Assembly: GCA_965225945.1 (NCBI GenBank)
Contig: CBDDBZ010000024.1
Span: 75,672 to 139,671 of the forward strand
From: Alphaproteobacteria bacterium
GTDB taxonomy: Bacteria > Pseudomonadota > Alphaproteobacteria > GCA-2731375
Length of the DNA: 64,000 nucleotides
Direction: 5' to 3'
Shown here: in pieces, positions 54,310 to 64,000 of the stretch
Layout: the number at the start of each line of letters is the position of its first letter
Position numbering within the stretch: the first letter of the stretch is position 1
Notes under the pieces: generated by a model
Seen by the model: the letters and a program-made list of their open reading frames with translations, nothing else
Database searches by the model: none
What the model was told of the DNA's origin: nothing
Made by a program: the position numbers and the translations under genes

Positions 54310-55104
54310 TCAGTTGATCTCGCGCTTGGCCCGCCAGCCGCTGACGCGCGCGTCCGCCGTCGCGCGCTGTTCCTTGCCGAGCCCCGCCGCCATGTCGTCG
54401 TAAGCCGTGCGCGCCCCCGCATGGCCCTGGTTGGCGGCCAGCGCCGTCCAGACATAAGCGTCGAGCGCGCTTCTGTCGACGCCGCTCCCCGACGCGTGCA
54501 GGCGGCCGAGCTGATATTGGGCGTCGCTGTCGCCTTGATCGGCGGCACGCTGGAACCATTTGGCGGCGACGGCGGAATTGCGGCCGACGCCACGACCGTC
54601 GAGATAGAGGCGGCCGAGATTATACTGTGCCGTCATATAGCCCTTGTCGGCCGCCCGGCGGAACCAGCTCACCGCCTCGCCGTAATCCTGGCGGACGCCG
54701 TTCCCCCGGGCATGGAGAAAGCCCAGATTATAGGCGGCGGCGGCATAACCCTGCTTGGCGGCGGCCCTGTACCAGCGGACGGCGAGGCCGTAATCCTGCA
54801 GCACGCCGTGACCCTGGGCGTGCATGAAGGCCAGATTGTGCTGCGCCGGGGCATAGCCCTTATTGGCCGCCTGGCGAAACAGCCGCGCCGCTTCCGCGTA
54901 GCTCTGCTCCATCCCATGGCCCTGCGCGTGCATCACGGCCAGATTGGATTGCGCCCTGGCATCGCCCTGATCGGCGAGCGGCTTGAATTCCTTGTAGGCC
55001 GCCCCGTAGTCGCCGCGCTCCACGGCCTGGATGCCGGCATCGAAGTCCGCCAAGGCCGGTGAAGCGACCATGACCGTCAAGGCAAGGGCAAGAAGACGTC
55101 GCAT
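54310..55104 (-). CDS. Sel1-repeat secreted protein
   Basis: Signal peptide; repeated AQ.NLG..H..G.GV..D...A..WF..AA.QG. Confidence 0.93.
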   Translation of the reverse strand: MRRLLALALTVMVASPALADFDAGIQAVERGDYGAAYKEFKPLADQGDARAQSNLAVMHAQGHGMEQSYAEAARLFRQAANKGYAPAQHNLAFMHAQGHGVLQDYGLAVRWYRAAAKQGYAAAAYNLGFLHARGNGVRQDYGEAVSWFRRAADKGYMTAQYNLGRLYLDGRGVGRNSAVAAKWFQRAADQGDSDAQYQLGRLHASGSGVDRSALDAYVWTALAANQGHAGARTAYDDMAAGLGKEQRATADARVSGWRAKREIN

Positions 55105-55119
55105 GACACACCTATGTTT

Positions 55120-55871
55120 CTTGCCTATCCGGTTATCACCCACACCCACTATATGTAGTGTGCCATTTTCCTGAGTAAAGCTCGGTGCAGGTCGAAGCGG
55201 AGATATCTCCGGCGATGCCGAGCAGGGACTCGGACGGCATTGTAGCGCCTTTTAGGCGACACTTTAGCGTGGTGGAAATCCTAATCATTGAGTCGGATTT
55301 GGCAAAACGCCACGTTGCATAAAGGACCGTCACTTCATTGAAATTTATCTGAAATCGGAGGTGAACGACACCGATGGAATATTCCAGGAAATCAGAGCTT
55401 CATTGAATTGTAGGATTCGAGTGCCGGATTATTCACAAATAGCTCTGTGAACTGGTTTTCAAGTTCGCTCAATACGTCATATGAAGTAAACGGATTGAGG
55501 ATCACGTTCTTGCGTGTCGCTTCGTCTTCGCTGCGACTCAAAACGCGCAGGAGACTAACAGGCGCGGACGGGTTCTTCGCAACGATTCGTGCCAGCGCGT
55601 CGCTTTCTTCGACTAGTGCCGTCAATCGCTCAGACGATGTCGTTTCATCAGCAGCTTCCCGTCTGGCCGTGGGTTTCTTCGTTTTTCCCTTGGTCGCCAC
55701 CGTTCCGTCCCCCGATGTTAAGTACGTGACGTGAATTAAACTCCGGTTCGGTTTTCAGAACAATCAAGAATTAGCCGGATCGCCTCCTCAATGCGCCTGC
55801 GCCGGCCCTTGCCTGCAGTCCAAGGAGACACACTACATATAGTGGGTGTGGGTGATAACCGGATAGGCAAG
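55120..55871. mobile_element. Non-autonomous IS1595-like cassette with passenger gene
   Basis: ~43-bp perfect IRs CTTGCCTATCCGGTTATCACCCACACCCACTATATGTAGTGTG; 8-bp TSD CTATGTTT; no transposase. Confidence 0.88.
55392..55700 (-). CDS. Passenger protein with leucine-rich-variant (LRV)-like repeats
   Basis: VAKNPSAP..LL..L, VILNPFT...L..L, NPAL. Confidence 0.7.
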   Translation of the reverse strand: MATKGKTKKPTARREAADETTSSERLTALVEESDALARIVAKNPSAPVSLLRVLSRSEDEATRKNVILNPFTSYDVLSELENQFTELFVNNPALESYNSMKL

Positions 55872-55898
55872 CTATGTTTAGCCATTTTCACTCCAATA

Positions 55899-57470
55899 CT
55901 AACATCCATCCCTTGAAATTATCCAGTAAACATGCCGCTCGATTATCACGGCCTCCAAACGTGGCCTTCGCGCAACGCCGGCCTCGATGCGAGCGTCGGC
56001 CGACATTTCATGGCGTCGCCTTGGTGGGCGCCAGAAGGCGGGCGTGAACAGCACCAGGACGGTGAAGAGTTCCAGCCGCCCCAGCAGCATGGCGAAGGCG
56101 AGCGTCCATTTCGCCGAATCGGGCAGGCTGGCGAAATTGCCGCCCGGCCCAATGACCTCGCCGAGACCGGGGCCGACGTTGGCCAGCGCGGTGGCGGCGC
56201 CCGAGACGGCGGTCATGAATTCCAATCCCTGGGCCGCCAAGATCATCGCGAGGATCCCGAAACTGGCGGCGAAGACGAAAAAGAAACTGGTCACCGAATG
56301 CATCACCGCTTCCGGAATGGGCTCCCGGTTGAAGCGCGCGATCGTCACCCCGTGCGGGCGCAACAGTTGCGAAAGCTGTACGCGCAGCGTCGCCAACAGG
56401 ATCTGAAAGCGGAACACCTTGATGCCGCAGGAGGTCGAGCCGGCGCAGCCGCCGATGAACATGGCGAAGAACAGGACGACGACGACGAAGTCGCCCCACT
56501 CGCCGTAGTCCGTCGTCGAATAGCCGGTGCCGGTCAGAATCGAGGTCACGTTGAAGGTGGCATGGCGGATCGCCTCGGTCAGCGCGACGTCGCTGGTCAG
56601 GACCCGGTGGGCGATGACCATGATCAGCGCCACGGCGAGGACGGCGAGAAAGCCGCGCACCTGGCTGTCGCGCCAGAGCGCCAAGGGCCGTCCGCGCAGG
56701 ACTTGGAAGTAGAGCAGGAACGGCAGGCTGCCGACGATCATGAAGAAGGCGGCGAGATAGTCGACGGCGGCGCTGTCGAAGTGGCCGAGGGAGGCGTCCG
56801 AGGTCGAGAAACCCCCGGTGGCGATGGTCGTCATGGCATGCACCACCGCTTCGAAACCATTCATGCCGGCGAGCCAATAGGCCAGCACGCAGGCCGCCGT
56901 CAGGGCCAGATAGATGCCGCCGATGGCGCCCGTGATCTGTGCCGCCCGGGGCAGGACCTTCTCCGACTGATCGGCCGATTCCATGCGGAAGAGCTGCATG
57001 CCGCCGATCCTGAGCATCGGCAGGATGGCGATCGCCGTGACGACGATGCCGATGCCGCCGAGCCATTGCAGGATCGCCCGCCACATCAGGATGCCGCGCG
57101 GCGCCAGGTCCAGCCCGACGATGACGGTCGAGCCGGTGGTGGTGAGGCCCGACATGGCTTCGAAGAAGCTGTCGGCGTAGCCGAGGTCGAGGGCCGAGAA
57201 GGCAAAGGGAAGGGCGCCGAAGGCCGGCAACACCAGCCAGCTCGAGGTGGTCAGGAGGAAGGCTTGGCGCTGATTGATCTCGCGCTGGCCGCCGCGACTC
57301 GAGAAGATCAGCCCGGCCCCGACGAAGCAGGTGATGAAGGCGCCGGCGAGAAATACCTCCCAGTCGGTGTCGCCGACCACGGCGTCGAGCAGGGCCGGGA
57401 CCAGCATGGTGAGACCGAGCGTCGACAGCATCAGCCCGTTCACCAGCAGTATGGGTCTGAGGGTCGGCAC
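55899..57470 (-). CDS. trkH: Trk potassium uptake permease
   Basis: SGLTTTG, ATGGFS, TGTGY, GSTSCGIK, NVGPGLG, LGRLE. Confidence 0.93.
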   Translation of the reverse strand: MPTLRPILLVNGLMLSTLGLTMLVPALLDAVVGDTDWEVFLAGAFITCFVGAGLIFSSRGGQREINQRQAFLLTTSSWLVLPAFGALPFAFSALDLGYADSFFEAMSGLTTTGSTVIVGLDLAPRGILMWRAILQWLGGIGIVVTAIAILPMLRIGGMQLFRMESADQSEKVLPRAAQITGAIGGIYLALTAACVLAYWLAGMNGFEAVVHAMTTIATGGFSTSDASLGHFDSAAVDYLAAFFMIVGSLPFLLYFQVLRGRPLALWRDSQVRGFLAVLAVALIMVIAHRVLTSDVALTEAIRHATFNVTSILTGTGYSTTDYGEWGDFVVVVLFFAMFIGGCAGSTSCGIKVFRFQILLATLRVQLSQLLRPHGVTIARFNREPIPEAVMHSVTSFFFVFAASFGILAMILAAQGLEFMTAVSGAATALANVGPGLGEVIGPGGNFASLPDSAKWTLAFAMLLGRLELFTVLVLFTPAFWRPPRRRHEMSADARIEAGVARRPRLEAVIIERHVYWIISRDGC

Positions 57471-57548
57471 GCCTCGGCTCTCCCCTCGGCTTCGCTCGCC
57501 GCCTAAACGTCGCCCGCCCGATGCGCGGCCCCGGCGCCGAGGCTCGGC

Positions 57549-57941
57549 TCAGTTCAGGCTTGCGCGCCGGTCCGGCGTGTCGAGCGAGAAGGCGGGAATG
57601 GAGACCTCGAAACGCCGGCCGTCGGTGGTCACCATCTCGTAGCTGCCGACCATGATACCCGACGGCGACGACAGCGGCGTGCCGCTGGTGTATTCGAAGC
57701 TCTCGCCCGGCGCCAGGACCGGCTGCTCGCCGACCACGCCGGGCCCCCGGACCTCCTGCACCCGGCCGTTCCCGTCGGTGATGTGCCAATAGCGGTTGAT
57801 CAGCTGGACCGTCTCCGCGCCCTGGTTTTCGATTCTGACGCAATAGGCCCAGACGAAGTAGCCGTCGTCGGGCTCCGACTGCTCGTCGAGGTATATCGGC
57901 CGCACCTGGACACGAATTTCCCTGGTCGTCTCCGCGTACAT
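57549..57941 (-). CDS. apaG: ApaG protein
   Basis: RYWHITD, GPGVVGEQP, FEYTSG. Confidence 0.95.
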   Translation of the reverse strand: MYAETTREIRVQVRPIYLDEQSEPDDGYFVWAYCVRIENQGAETVQLINRYWHITDGNGRVQEVRGPGVVGEQPVLAPGESFEYTSGTPLSSPSGIMVGSYEMVTTDGRRFEVSIPAFSLDTPDRRASLN

Positions 57942-58030
57942 CGTGACCTCCCGCTTCGCGCCGACTTGTTGTGCGCTCGTCCGAGGCGCGAACTATCCCG
58001 CCCGAACGGCGCCTTGTCCAGCCGTCCGCT

Positions 58031-58522
58031 TCAGGCCTCGGCCTCCGGCCGGCGGCGCAGCAGGTAGCTCTGGGTGCCGTCCATCACCAATTCGCCGCGC
58101 TGATTGTGGACCGTCGAGGCCACCGTCAACACGCCGGTGGTGGTTTGCGGCTTCAGCTCCGAGACCACCAACTTCGAATAGAGCGTGTCGCCGGCATAGA
58201 CCGGCTTCAGAAAGCGACTCGACTGTTCGAGAAAGCCGATCAGCGACTCGCCCACATGGTGCGAAAACATGCCCGCCCCCGCGGCGGTCTGGATCGCCAC
58301 CTGAAAGCCGTGCGCCAGCAAGCCGTCATGGCCTCGCCGGCGGCAATATTCGACATCGTAATGGATCGGGTGATTGTCGCCGGAGGCGAGCTGGAAGGCC
58401 GCGAACAGCGCCGCCGTCATCGTCCGCGACGGGATCGGGAAGCTCTCTCCCAGCTCGAAATCCTCGAACCAGCGGTTTTCCGCCAGCTCGTAGGCATCGG
58501 GCGAAAACGCCTGCTCGGTCAT
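58031..58522 (-). CDS. MaoC family dehydratase
   Basis: SGDNHPIHYD, AHG, FLKPVYAGDTL. Confidence 0.9.
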   Translation of the reverse strand: MTEQAFSPDAYELAENRWFEDFELGESFPIPSRTMTAALFAAFQLASGDNHPIHYDVEYCRRRGHDGLLAHGFQVAIQTAAGAGMFSHHVGESLIGFLEQSSRFLKPVYAGDTLYSKLVVSELKPQTTTGVLTVASTVHNQRGELVMDGTQSYLLRRRPEAEA

Positions 58523-58568
58523 GGCCCACCTCGTTGGGATTGAATTCGGGCGAGCGGCCCGGCGCGGG

Positions 58569-59567
58569 TCAGCCGCCGGCGCTGCAGGAGGCGCCGCCCA
58601 GGACGCAGAATTCGGCGCAATGGGGATGGTTGAGGGCGACGGCGCCGCGCGCCTCGGCCAAGCTCGTTCCCATCTCGAACTGGGGGTCGTAGGGCAGCAG
58701 AGTGCAGGGCAGGACCTTGGCGTCGGCCTCCCCCTTGCGGCGCACCACCATGCGCGAGGCGGCGCACATCATGGCGCCCGGATCGACCCCCAGGATGGCC
58801 CAGCAGGCCTCGGTGATTTCCGCCACGTCGAGGCTCGCGTCCATTTCGGGGAACAGCACCAGGCGGGCGGGATCCTCGGCATCGACCGGGACGGCGAGAT
58901 CGTCGAACAGCTGCCCATAGCCCCGGCGCAGGCTCGGCTCGTCCTCGTCGAGGAAGGTGCGCCCCGCGACCGCGAGATCGAAGCCCTCCACCGCCAGCCA
59001 GCGAAATCCCTCCAGCATGCGCCGCCAGCTGTGCGGGCCGCGCTCCAACTCGTGCAGCGCTTGCGTGTAGTGGTCGATCGAGACCCGGATCGCCAGCCGT
59101 GCGCCGTAGGTCTCTCGAAGCGCCCTCAACCGGGCCTTGCACTTCAGCATCGGCCGCATCGCATTGGTCAGCACGAGGACCCGGTAGCCGCGAGCAAGCG
59201 CGTCCTCCAGCATCGGGAGAAACTCGGGGTTCATGAACGGCTCGCCCCCGGTGAAGCCGATCTCGCGGGCCGACCAGTCGCGCTCCAGCTCGTCGAGGAA
59301 GCGCCCGACCTCGGCCGCCGTCAGATAGACCAGGCGGTCGTTCCGGGGCGTCGATTCGATATAGCAGTTGAGGCAGGCGAGATTGCACAGGCTGCCGGTG
59401 TTGAACCAGAGCGTTTCCAGCGATCGGAGTGCGACCGTGGCCCGGGGCTCGCCCCGGGTGGTCACGCGGGAATCGCGAAATTTCGCCGGATCGAGCAGCG
59501 CGACGGGGGCCTCGTCATGGAGGCGCGCCTGGGCGCCGCTGGCTGAACTCACTGTCGTCGCCTCCAT
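58569..59567 (-). CDS. Radical SAM protein
   Basis: CNLACLNC, TGGEP, LTN; C-terminal HPHCAEFC. Confidence 0.9.
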   Translation of the reverse strand: MEATTVSSASGAQARLHDEAPVALLDPAKFRDSRVTTRGEPRATVALRSLETLWFNTGSLCNLACLNCYIESTPRNDRLVYLTAAEVGRFLDELERDWSAREIGFTGGEPFMNPEFLPMLEDALARGYRVLVLTNAMRPMLKCKARLRALRETYGARLAIRVSIDHYTQALHELERGPHSWRRMLEGFRWLAVEGFDLAVAGRTFLDEDEPSLRRGYGQLFDDLAVPVDAEDPARLVLFPEMDASLDVAEITEACWAILGVDPGAMMCAASRMVVRRKGEADAKVLPCTLLPYDPQFEMGTSLAEARGAVALNHPHCAEFCVLGGASCSAGG

Positions 59568-59722
59568 AATGGCGAGCCCGCCGACGGTGGGCGGGGCGAA
59601 CGTGGGGCTGTACTCAGCGCTTGTCAACGCGGGCCTCGGTAAACTTATAGGAATTATAAAGACTACTTGACAATGGCTGACTGACTCCCTATATTCCAAG
59701 GTGTTGGAAGGGAGACACGGAC

Positions 59723-60676
59723 ATGACGCAGAAAGCCCCAGGCAAAGCCCATCGCGAAGGCGTTACGCTGGTCCAGCTCATGGACATGTTCCCGGATGAG
59801 GCTGCCGCGACGGCATGGTTCGAGTCCGTTATCTGGCGTGACAGCGAGCGGCATTGCGGCAAGTGCGGGAGCGTTCGGACGCGCGAAGTCCCGAACGCCA
59901 AACCGATGCCCTATTGGTGCTCTGACTGCCGGTCGTATTTCAGCGTCCGCACCGGAACGCCGATTGCCCGCTCCAACGTCCCGCTTCGCAAGTGGGCCAT
60001 CGCCATCTACTTGTGCCTTACCAGCCTTAAAAGCGTCGCCAGCATGAAACTGTCCCGCGATATCGGCGTATCCCAGCCTACAGCTTGGTTCATGTTGCAC
60101 CGTATCCGTGAAGCGTGGGCGGGCGAGAACGGCGAACCTTTCGACGGCCCGGTCGAGGTAGACGAAACTTACTTTGGCGGCAAGCGCAAAGAGTTGGCGG
60201 GCACCGGACGTGGTGCAGTTGGCAAGACCGCCGTTGTTGGTATGAAAGACCGCGACAGCAACAAAGTGACGGCCCGTGTCGTTGACGACACAGATGGCCA
60301 GACATTGCAGGGGTTCGTCGCGGATCACGCCGCGTCCGATGCCAAGGTCTACACGGACGATCATGGCTCCTATAAGGGGCTGACTTTCGACCACGAAACC
60401 GTCAAACACAGCGTTGGCGAGTACGTTGACGGCATGGCGCATACCAACGGTATTGAAAGCTTCTGGAGCATGCTCAAGCGCGCCCACAAAGGAACCTTCC
60501 ACAAGATCAGTCCGAAGCATCTTGACCGTTACGTCCAGGAGTTCGCTGGCAAGCACAACATCCGCGACTCAGGCACTCTTGCCCAAATGCGGGACACTGT
60601 TGCCCGGCTCGTCGGTCGAAACCTTCTCTACCGCGACCTCGTCTCCAGCAACGGGCTTTCCAACGCGGGGCGGTAG
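59723..60676 (+). CDS. IS1595-family transposase
   Basis: CGKC..CSDC, EVDETY, YTD, HTNGIESFW. Confidence 0.95.
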   Translation: MTQKAPGKAHREGVTLVQLMDMFPDEAAATAWFESVIWRDSERHCGKCGSVRTREVPNAKPMPYWCSDCRSYFSVRTGTPIARSNVPLRKWAIAIYLCLTSLKSVASMKLSRDIGVSQPTAWFMLHRIREAWAGENGEPFDGPVEVDETYFGGKRKELAGTGRGAVGKTAVVGMKDRDSNKVTARVVDDTDGQTLQGFVADHAASDAKVYTDDHGSYKGLTFDHETVKHSVGEYVDGMAHTNGIESFWSMLKRAHKGTFHKISPKHLDRYVQEFAGKHNIRDSGTLAQMRDTVARLVGRNLLYRDLVSSNGLSNAGR

Positions 60677-60836
60677 CGGCTCGGTTCGGCGAAAGAGCGC
60701 CTTCGCCAGTTTCTCCGGGGTCGCACCCTTCAGGTGCACCGCCGGGTCGAGAACAGGGACGCCTCGGGTCATTGTGCGGCCCTCCATTCGGCCATCGTCT
60801 TGTTGCCCGTGCTCTGGGCCGCTGGCGAAGTTGGGT

Positions 60837-61229
60837 CTAGTCATCTGATCTGAATCTCAGATTGGGATCTCTCATAATATTCCTCGCCACCTTCAGATTG
60901 CCGTCTTTACATGAATCAATCAGCAGCGCCATATAGTGAAGCCAAATCCTTACCGTGTCGGCGTCTATTTCAGGACAGTCAATGTTAAACGTTCCTGTGA
61001 TGCGTTCCACGTCTCGTTTTGCCAAGTAGTGATTATGCGTAAATCCGTCAGGAGAGACGTCAGGACTTTCGAGAACTCGAAATATATCCGCTAGTTTCCA
61101 TGAGAACGTCCAAAAGAGAGTGCGATCGAAACACGGACACCGATGCAGGCGGAGCATTAATAAGAAGCGCCTCACGACCGCCCCCACCTCTTTGACCGTA
61201 ATGGGGAGGGATGCCTCGGTTCCAAACAT
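60837..61229 (-). CDS. Hypothetical passenger protein (lower GC)
   Basis: 130-aa ORF inside the IS ends, visibly AT-richer than the host genes. Confidence 0.6.
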   Translation of the reverse strand: MFGTEASLPITVKEVGAVVRRFLLMLRLHRCPCFDRTLFWTFSWKLADIFRVLESPDVSPDGFTHNHYLAKRDVERITGTFNIDCPEIDADTVRIWLHYMALLIDSCKDGNLKVARNIMRDPNLRFRSDD

Positions 61230-61328
61230 CCGTCCATCATGCGGATTTCCCGCAGGGCGTCAAGTAGCATTCATAATCCCCAAACTTATCGCCAGCGGGC
61301 GAAGGCGATATGCTATCAAGGCTCCGGC

Positions 61329-61402
61329 GCGGGCGTAGCTCAATGGCAGAGCAGAAGCTTCCCAAGCTTACGACGGGGGTTCGATTCCCCTCGTCCGCTC
61401 CA
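61329..61402 (+). tRNA. tRNA-Gly(CCC)
   Basis: GCGGGCG acceptor stem, TTCCCAA anticodon loop, GGTTCGATTCC, 3' CCA. Confidence 0.96.
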
Positions 61403-61929
61403 GCTTCTCACGCCCAACCCGCGAAGGCCCGGCCGGTGGCGCGCGAAGCCGGCCGACGTCAGGTTCGGATTCATCCGCGATGTCGCCACGACCGAGGCAA
61501 ACCACTTCCGGCACGGCGAGCGGGTTGCCGGGCCCCGGGACTCGGGCGCGCGCCCGGCGATTCCCGGGACCGGCCTCGGCGCGATGACGTCTTTCGATTG
61601 GTTTTCGAGCGCGAGGGGGAAAATTTCGACCCATCGCCCTCCCTCGGGCGCCGCGCGCAAGGCGGAATCGCGGCAAAAGGCATACACGCCAAATAAGAAC
61701 ATCACGGCACTAATATGGTGTCCCGGCCGCACGCCCGCAAGGCGCCCGCGCGCGGACCACGGAACCCCCGAGCCCCTTGTGTTTCCGCGCCTTTCGTACC
61801 CCGCCGCTGGCCCGCGCCGAGGCGGCGGCGGCGACGCCGGACGGCGGAGGCGAGGGTGATCGCACAGCACCCCGGGGGCCTCGGACGCCGCCCGGCCGAC
61901 CGGGCCCCCGGGCTCGTCGAAAGCGGTTC

Positions 61930-62433
61930 TTTTGTCGTCGTTCACGCATCAAATACCGTCATGATTTCCCCGAAATGACGGTATTTCGTCGCCCACGAGC
62001 CCCACGCCCGCCGCTTGCCGCTCGCCCCGCCGGGGGAGGTGGCGAGCGTCCTGGGCGACCCGGTTTCGGATCGTCCTCGCCGCTCCGGATACACCAACCG
62101 CCGCTTCGTGGCCGGCGGGCTCGGCGCGGCGAGCCCTCGGGGCTCGCTCTTGGGCCCGGACGTCCTGGGCGGCGCGGCGTTCCGGGACCGAGTGCCGGAG
62201 GCGGCGGGCGCTGCGAGCCCGGAAGTGCCCGGGCGGGCGCGGCGCATGACCCCCGAAGCGTTGGACGTGCCGCGCGCCCGCCACCCGGAGCGCGCGGAAT
62301 GGATGGCGCGCGCCTACCGCAACAATGGCCACGGGCTCCGCCGAATTGCCGAGAGGCGGGCCTGCACTACGGCTCGGTATCCAAGATCATCAAGGCATGG
62401 GAAGAAAGAAGGCGTGCAAAAAGCAAGACCTGA
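61930..62433 (+). pseudogene. Degenerate REP-associated tyrosine transposase (RAYT)-like C-terminus
   Basis: VLGGAAF.DRV, EVP, MARAY, GLHYGSVSKII HTH across frames, followed by CAAGACCTGACCC. Confidence 0.6.
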
Positions 62434-62748
62434 CCCTGAGACGTTTGACCCCTAGACGTTCCTTTGAACGAATTTTAAGTGGCGTTGCTCCGGCTGTTCA
62501 CTCCGCGTATCCCGTTAGCATCTTGTACTCGTCGCGCTGGGCTTCACTCGCCCGCCGAAACGATATGACCCTGACGGTCTCGTCTTCACGCATCGTCGTG
62601 ACCATCAACACGACCATTCCGTCGTCGTCAACGGTCATATGCATGTGGCGCACCTCGCCATTCTCAACGAATGCATCACTGACGACGTGGCGTGGCGAGT
62701 TACCAACCGGGAGCAAGACCCGTTCCAGCAAATGCACAGCACTCTCTA

Positions 62749-63927
62749 GTGTCCTGATCGATAAATTGATATGATTATGTCTCTATTTGTTTTCAGGAGG
62801 CGCGATTGATGGCGAGAGTGGCGGTGACGATCTCTTTGAGCGATGACGAGCGCGCCGAATTGGAGGCGCTGTCTCGTCGTCGCAAGACGTCGCAGGGGCT
62901 TGCGCGGCGGGCTCGGATCGTCTTGGCGGCGGCGGAAGGGTTGGAGAACAAGGAGATCGCCGTTCGTCTCGAGGCGAGCGCGGACACCGTGGGCAAGTGG
63001 CGTCGCCGCTATGCGGCGGAGGGCCTCGACGGTCTGTACGACGAACCCCGCCCCGGCGCGCCGCGTCAAATCGGCGATGACGCCATCGCGGAAGCGGTCC
63101 GGCTGACGCTGGAAGAGACGCCGCCGGACGCGACCCATTGGAGCCTTCGCTCGATGGCGCGGGCGAGCGGCCACGCGCCCTCGACCATTCATCGCATCTG
63201 GCGGGCCTTCGGCTTGCAGCCGCATCGCTCGGAGACCTTCAAGCTGTCGAGCGATCCCTTCTTCGTGGAGAAGGTCCGCGACATCGTCGGTCTGTATTTG
63301 GCGCCGCCGGATCGTGCCCTGGTTCTCTGTGTCGACGAAAAGAGCCAGATCCAGGCCCTGGACCGTTCCCAGCCCCTCTTGCCGATGCGCCCCGGGCAGG
63401 CGGAGCGGCGCAGCCACGACTACAAGCGCCACGGCACGACCTCTCTCTTCGCGGCCCTCGACATCGCCACGGGAGAGATCATCGGCAAATGTTTCCCGCG
63501 CCATCGGGCCCGAGAGTTCCGCAAATTCCTCGACCTCGTCGAGGCGAACGTCCCTGCTGATCTCGACATCCACATCGTCATGGACAACTACGGGACCCAC
63601 AAGACCAAGGCGATCCGCGACTGGTTCGCCAAACGGCCGCGCTGGCAGGCCCATTTCACACCCACCAGCGCCTCCTGGCTCAACCAGGTCGAGCGCTGGT
63701 TCGGGCTGCTGACCGACAAACAGATCAGGCGCGGCGTCCATCGCTCCACCAAGGAGCTGGAGCGCACCATCCTCGACTACATCGACACGACAAACCAGAA
63801 CCCCAAACCCTTCAAATGGACCAAATCTGCCGATGACATCCTCGGCGCCATCCAGCGCTTCTGCCTCCGAACAATCGAAATCGCTGAACAGCAGGCGAAA
63901 ATCATGCGAACTTCGGAATCGGGACAC
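62749..63927 (+). mobile_element. IS630-family element
   Basis: GTGTCC...GGACAC ends; TA duplication in a CTAG target. Confidence 0.93.
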
Positions 63928-63930
63928 TAG
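62809..63930 (+). CDS. IS630 transposase
   Basis: [34 protein letters not shown]. Confidence 0.95.
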   Translation: MARVAVTISLSDDERAELEALSRRRKTSQGLARRARIVLAAAEGLENKEIAVRLEASADTVGKWRRRYAAEGLDGLYDEPRPGAPRQIGDDAIAEAVRLTLEETPPDATHWSLRSMARASGHAPSTIHRIWRAFGLQPHRSETFKLSSDPFFVEKVRDIVGLYLAPPDRALVLCVDEKSQIQALDRSQPLLPMRPGQAERRSHDYKRHGTTSLFAALDIATGEIIGKCFPRHRAREFRKFLDLVEANVPADLDIHIVMDNYGTHKTKAIRDWFAKRPRWQAHFTPTSASWLNQVERWFGLLTDKQIRRGVHRSTKELERTILDYIDTTNQNPKPFKWTKSADDILGAIQRFCLRTIEIAEQQAKIMRTSESGH

Positions 63931-64000
63931 AGAGCGCCGATGCTTTCGCCGATTTTGTTGTTCCTTGTCCAAGTCATAGTCAACACGGGTTCCACCGAAG

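Larger units (their letters stand above)
59649..61281 (+). mobile_element. IS1595-family element with passenger gene
   Basis: Imperfect IRs AGGAATTAT..CTACTTGAC / GTCAAGTAG..ATAATCCCC; 8-bp TSD AAACTTAT. Confidence 0.88.
62498..64000 (-). pseudogene. BrnT-family toxin interrupted by IS630 (start outside window)
   Basis: Joined: [18 protein letters not shown]|ESAVHLLE...GEVR...VRVISFRRAS. Confidence 0.75.

Noticed and set aside
55899-56030. TrkH C-terminal extension after FWR
   Set aside because: Probably a lost stop codon or altered 3' end; nothing supports a function.

Overview
GC-rich window, probably alphaproteobacterial (inferred from gene content), dominated by mobile DNA. The main structure is an 11.1-kb nest on the minus strand (4630-15735). 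A class E-like group II intron (A) carries five separate insertions: an IS21, an IS1111-type IS110, a tyrosine-recombinase/IS91-like element, and two other group II introns (C, intact; B, ORF-less) inserted 6 nt apart at A's D5-D6 junction. Removing all five restores A's RT reading frame and 3' end at every junction. Other mobile DNA includes a class C intron placed after a terminator and cut by a TGT-ended element carrying a toprim gene, two IS1111 copies with readable target and donor guide segments, three IS1595 elements, a non-autonomous IS1595-like cassette in two copies, IS66, IS21, IS3-like, IS4, IS630 and IS1380 remnants, a tRNA-Arg att fragment and a RAYT remnant. Ordinary genes include a TRAP substrate-binding protein, two TauD dioxygenases, an AHL-lactonase-like enzyme, an SDR, a copper cluster, an RND efflux pair, trkH, apaG, a radical SAM protein and tRNA-Gly(CCC). 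All calls come from reading the sequence; no database search was run.
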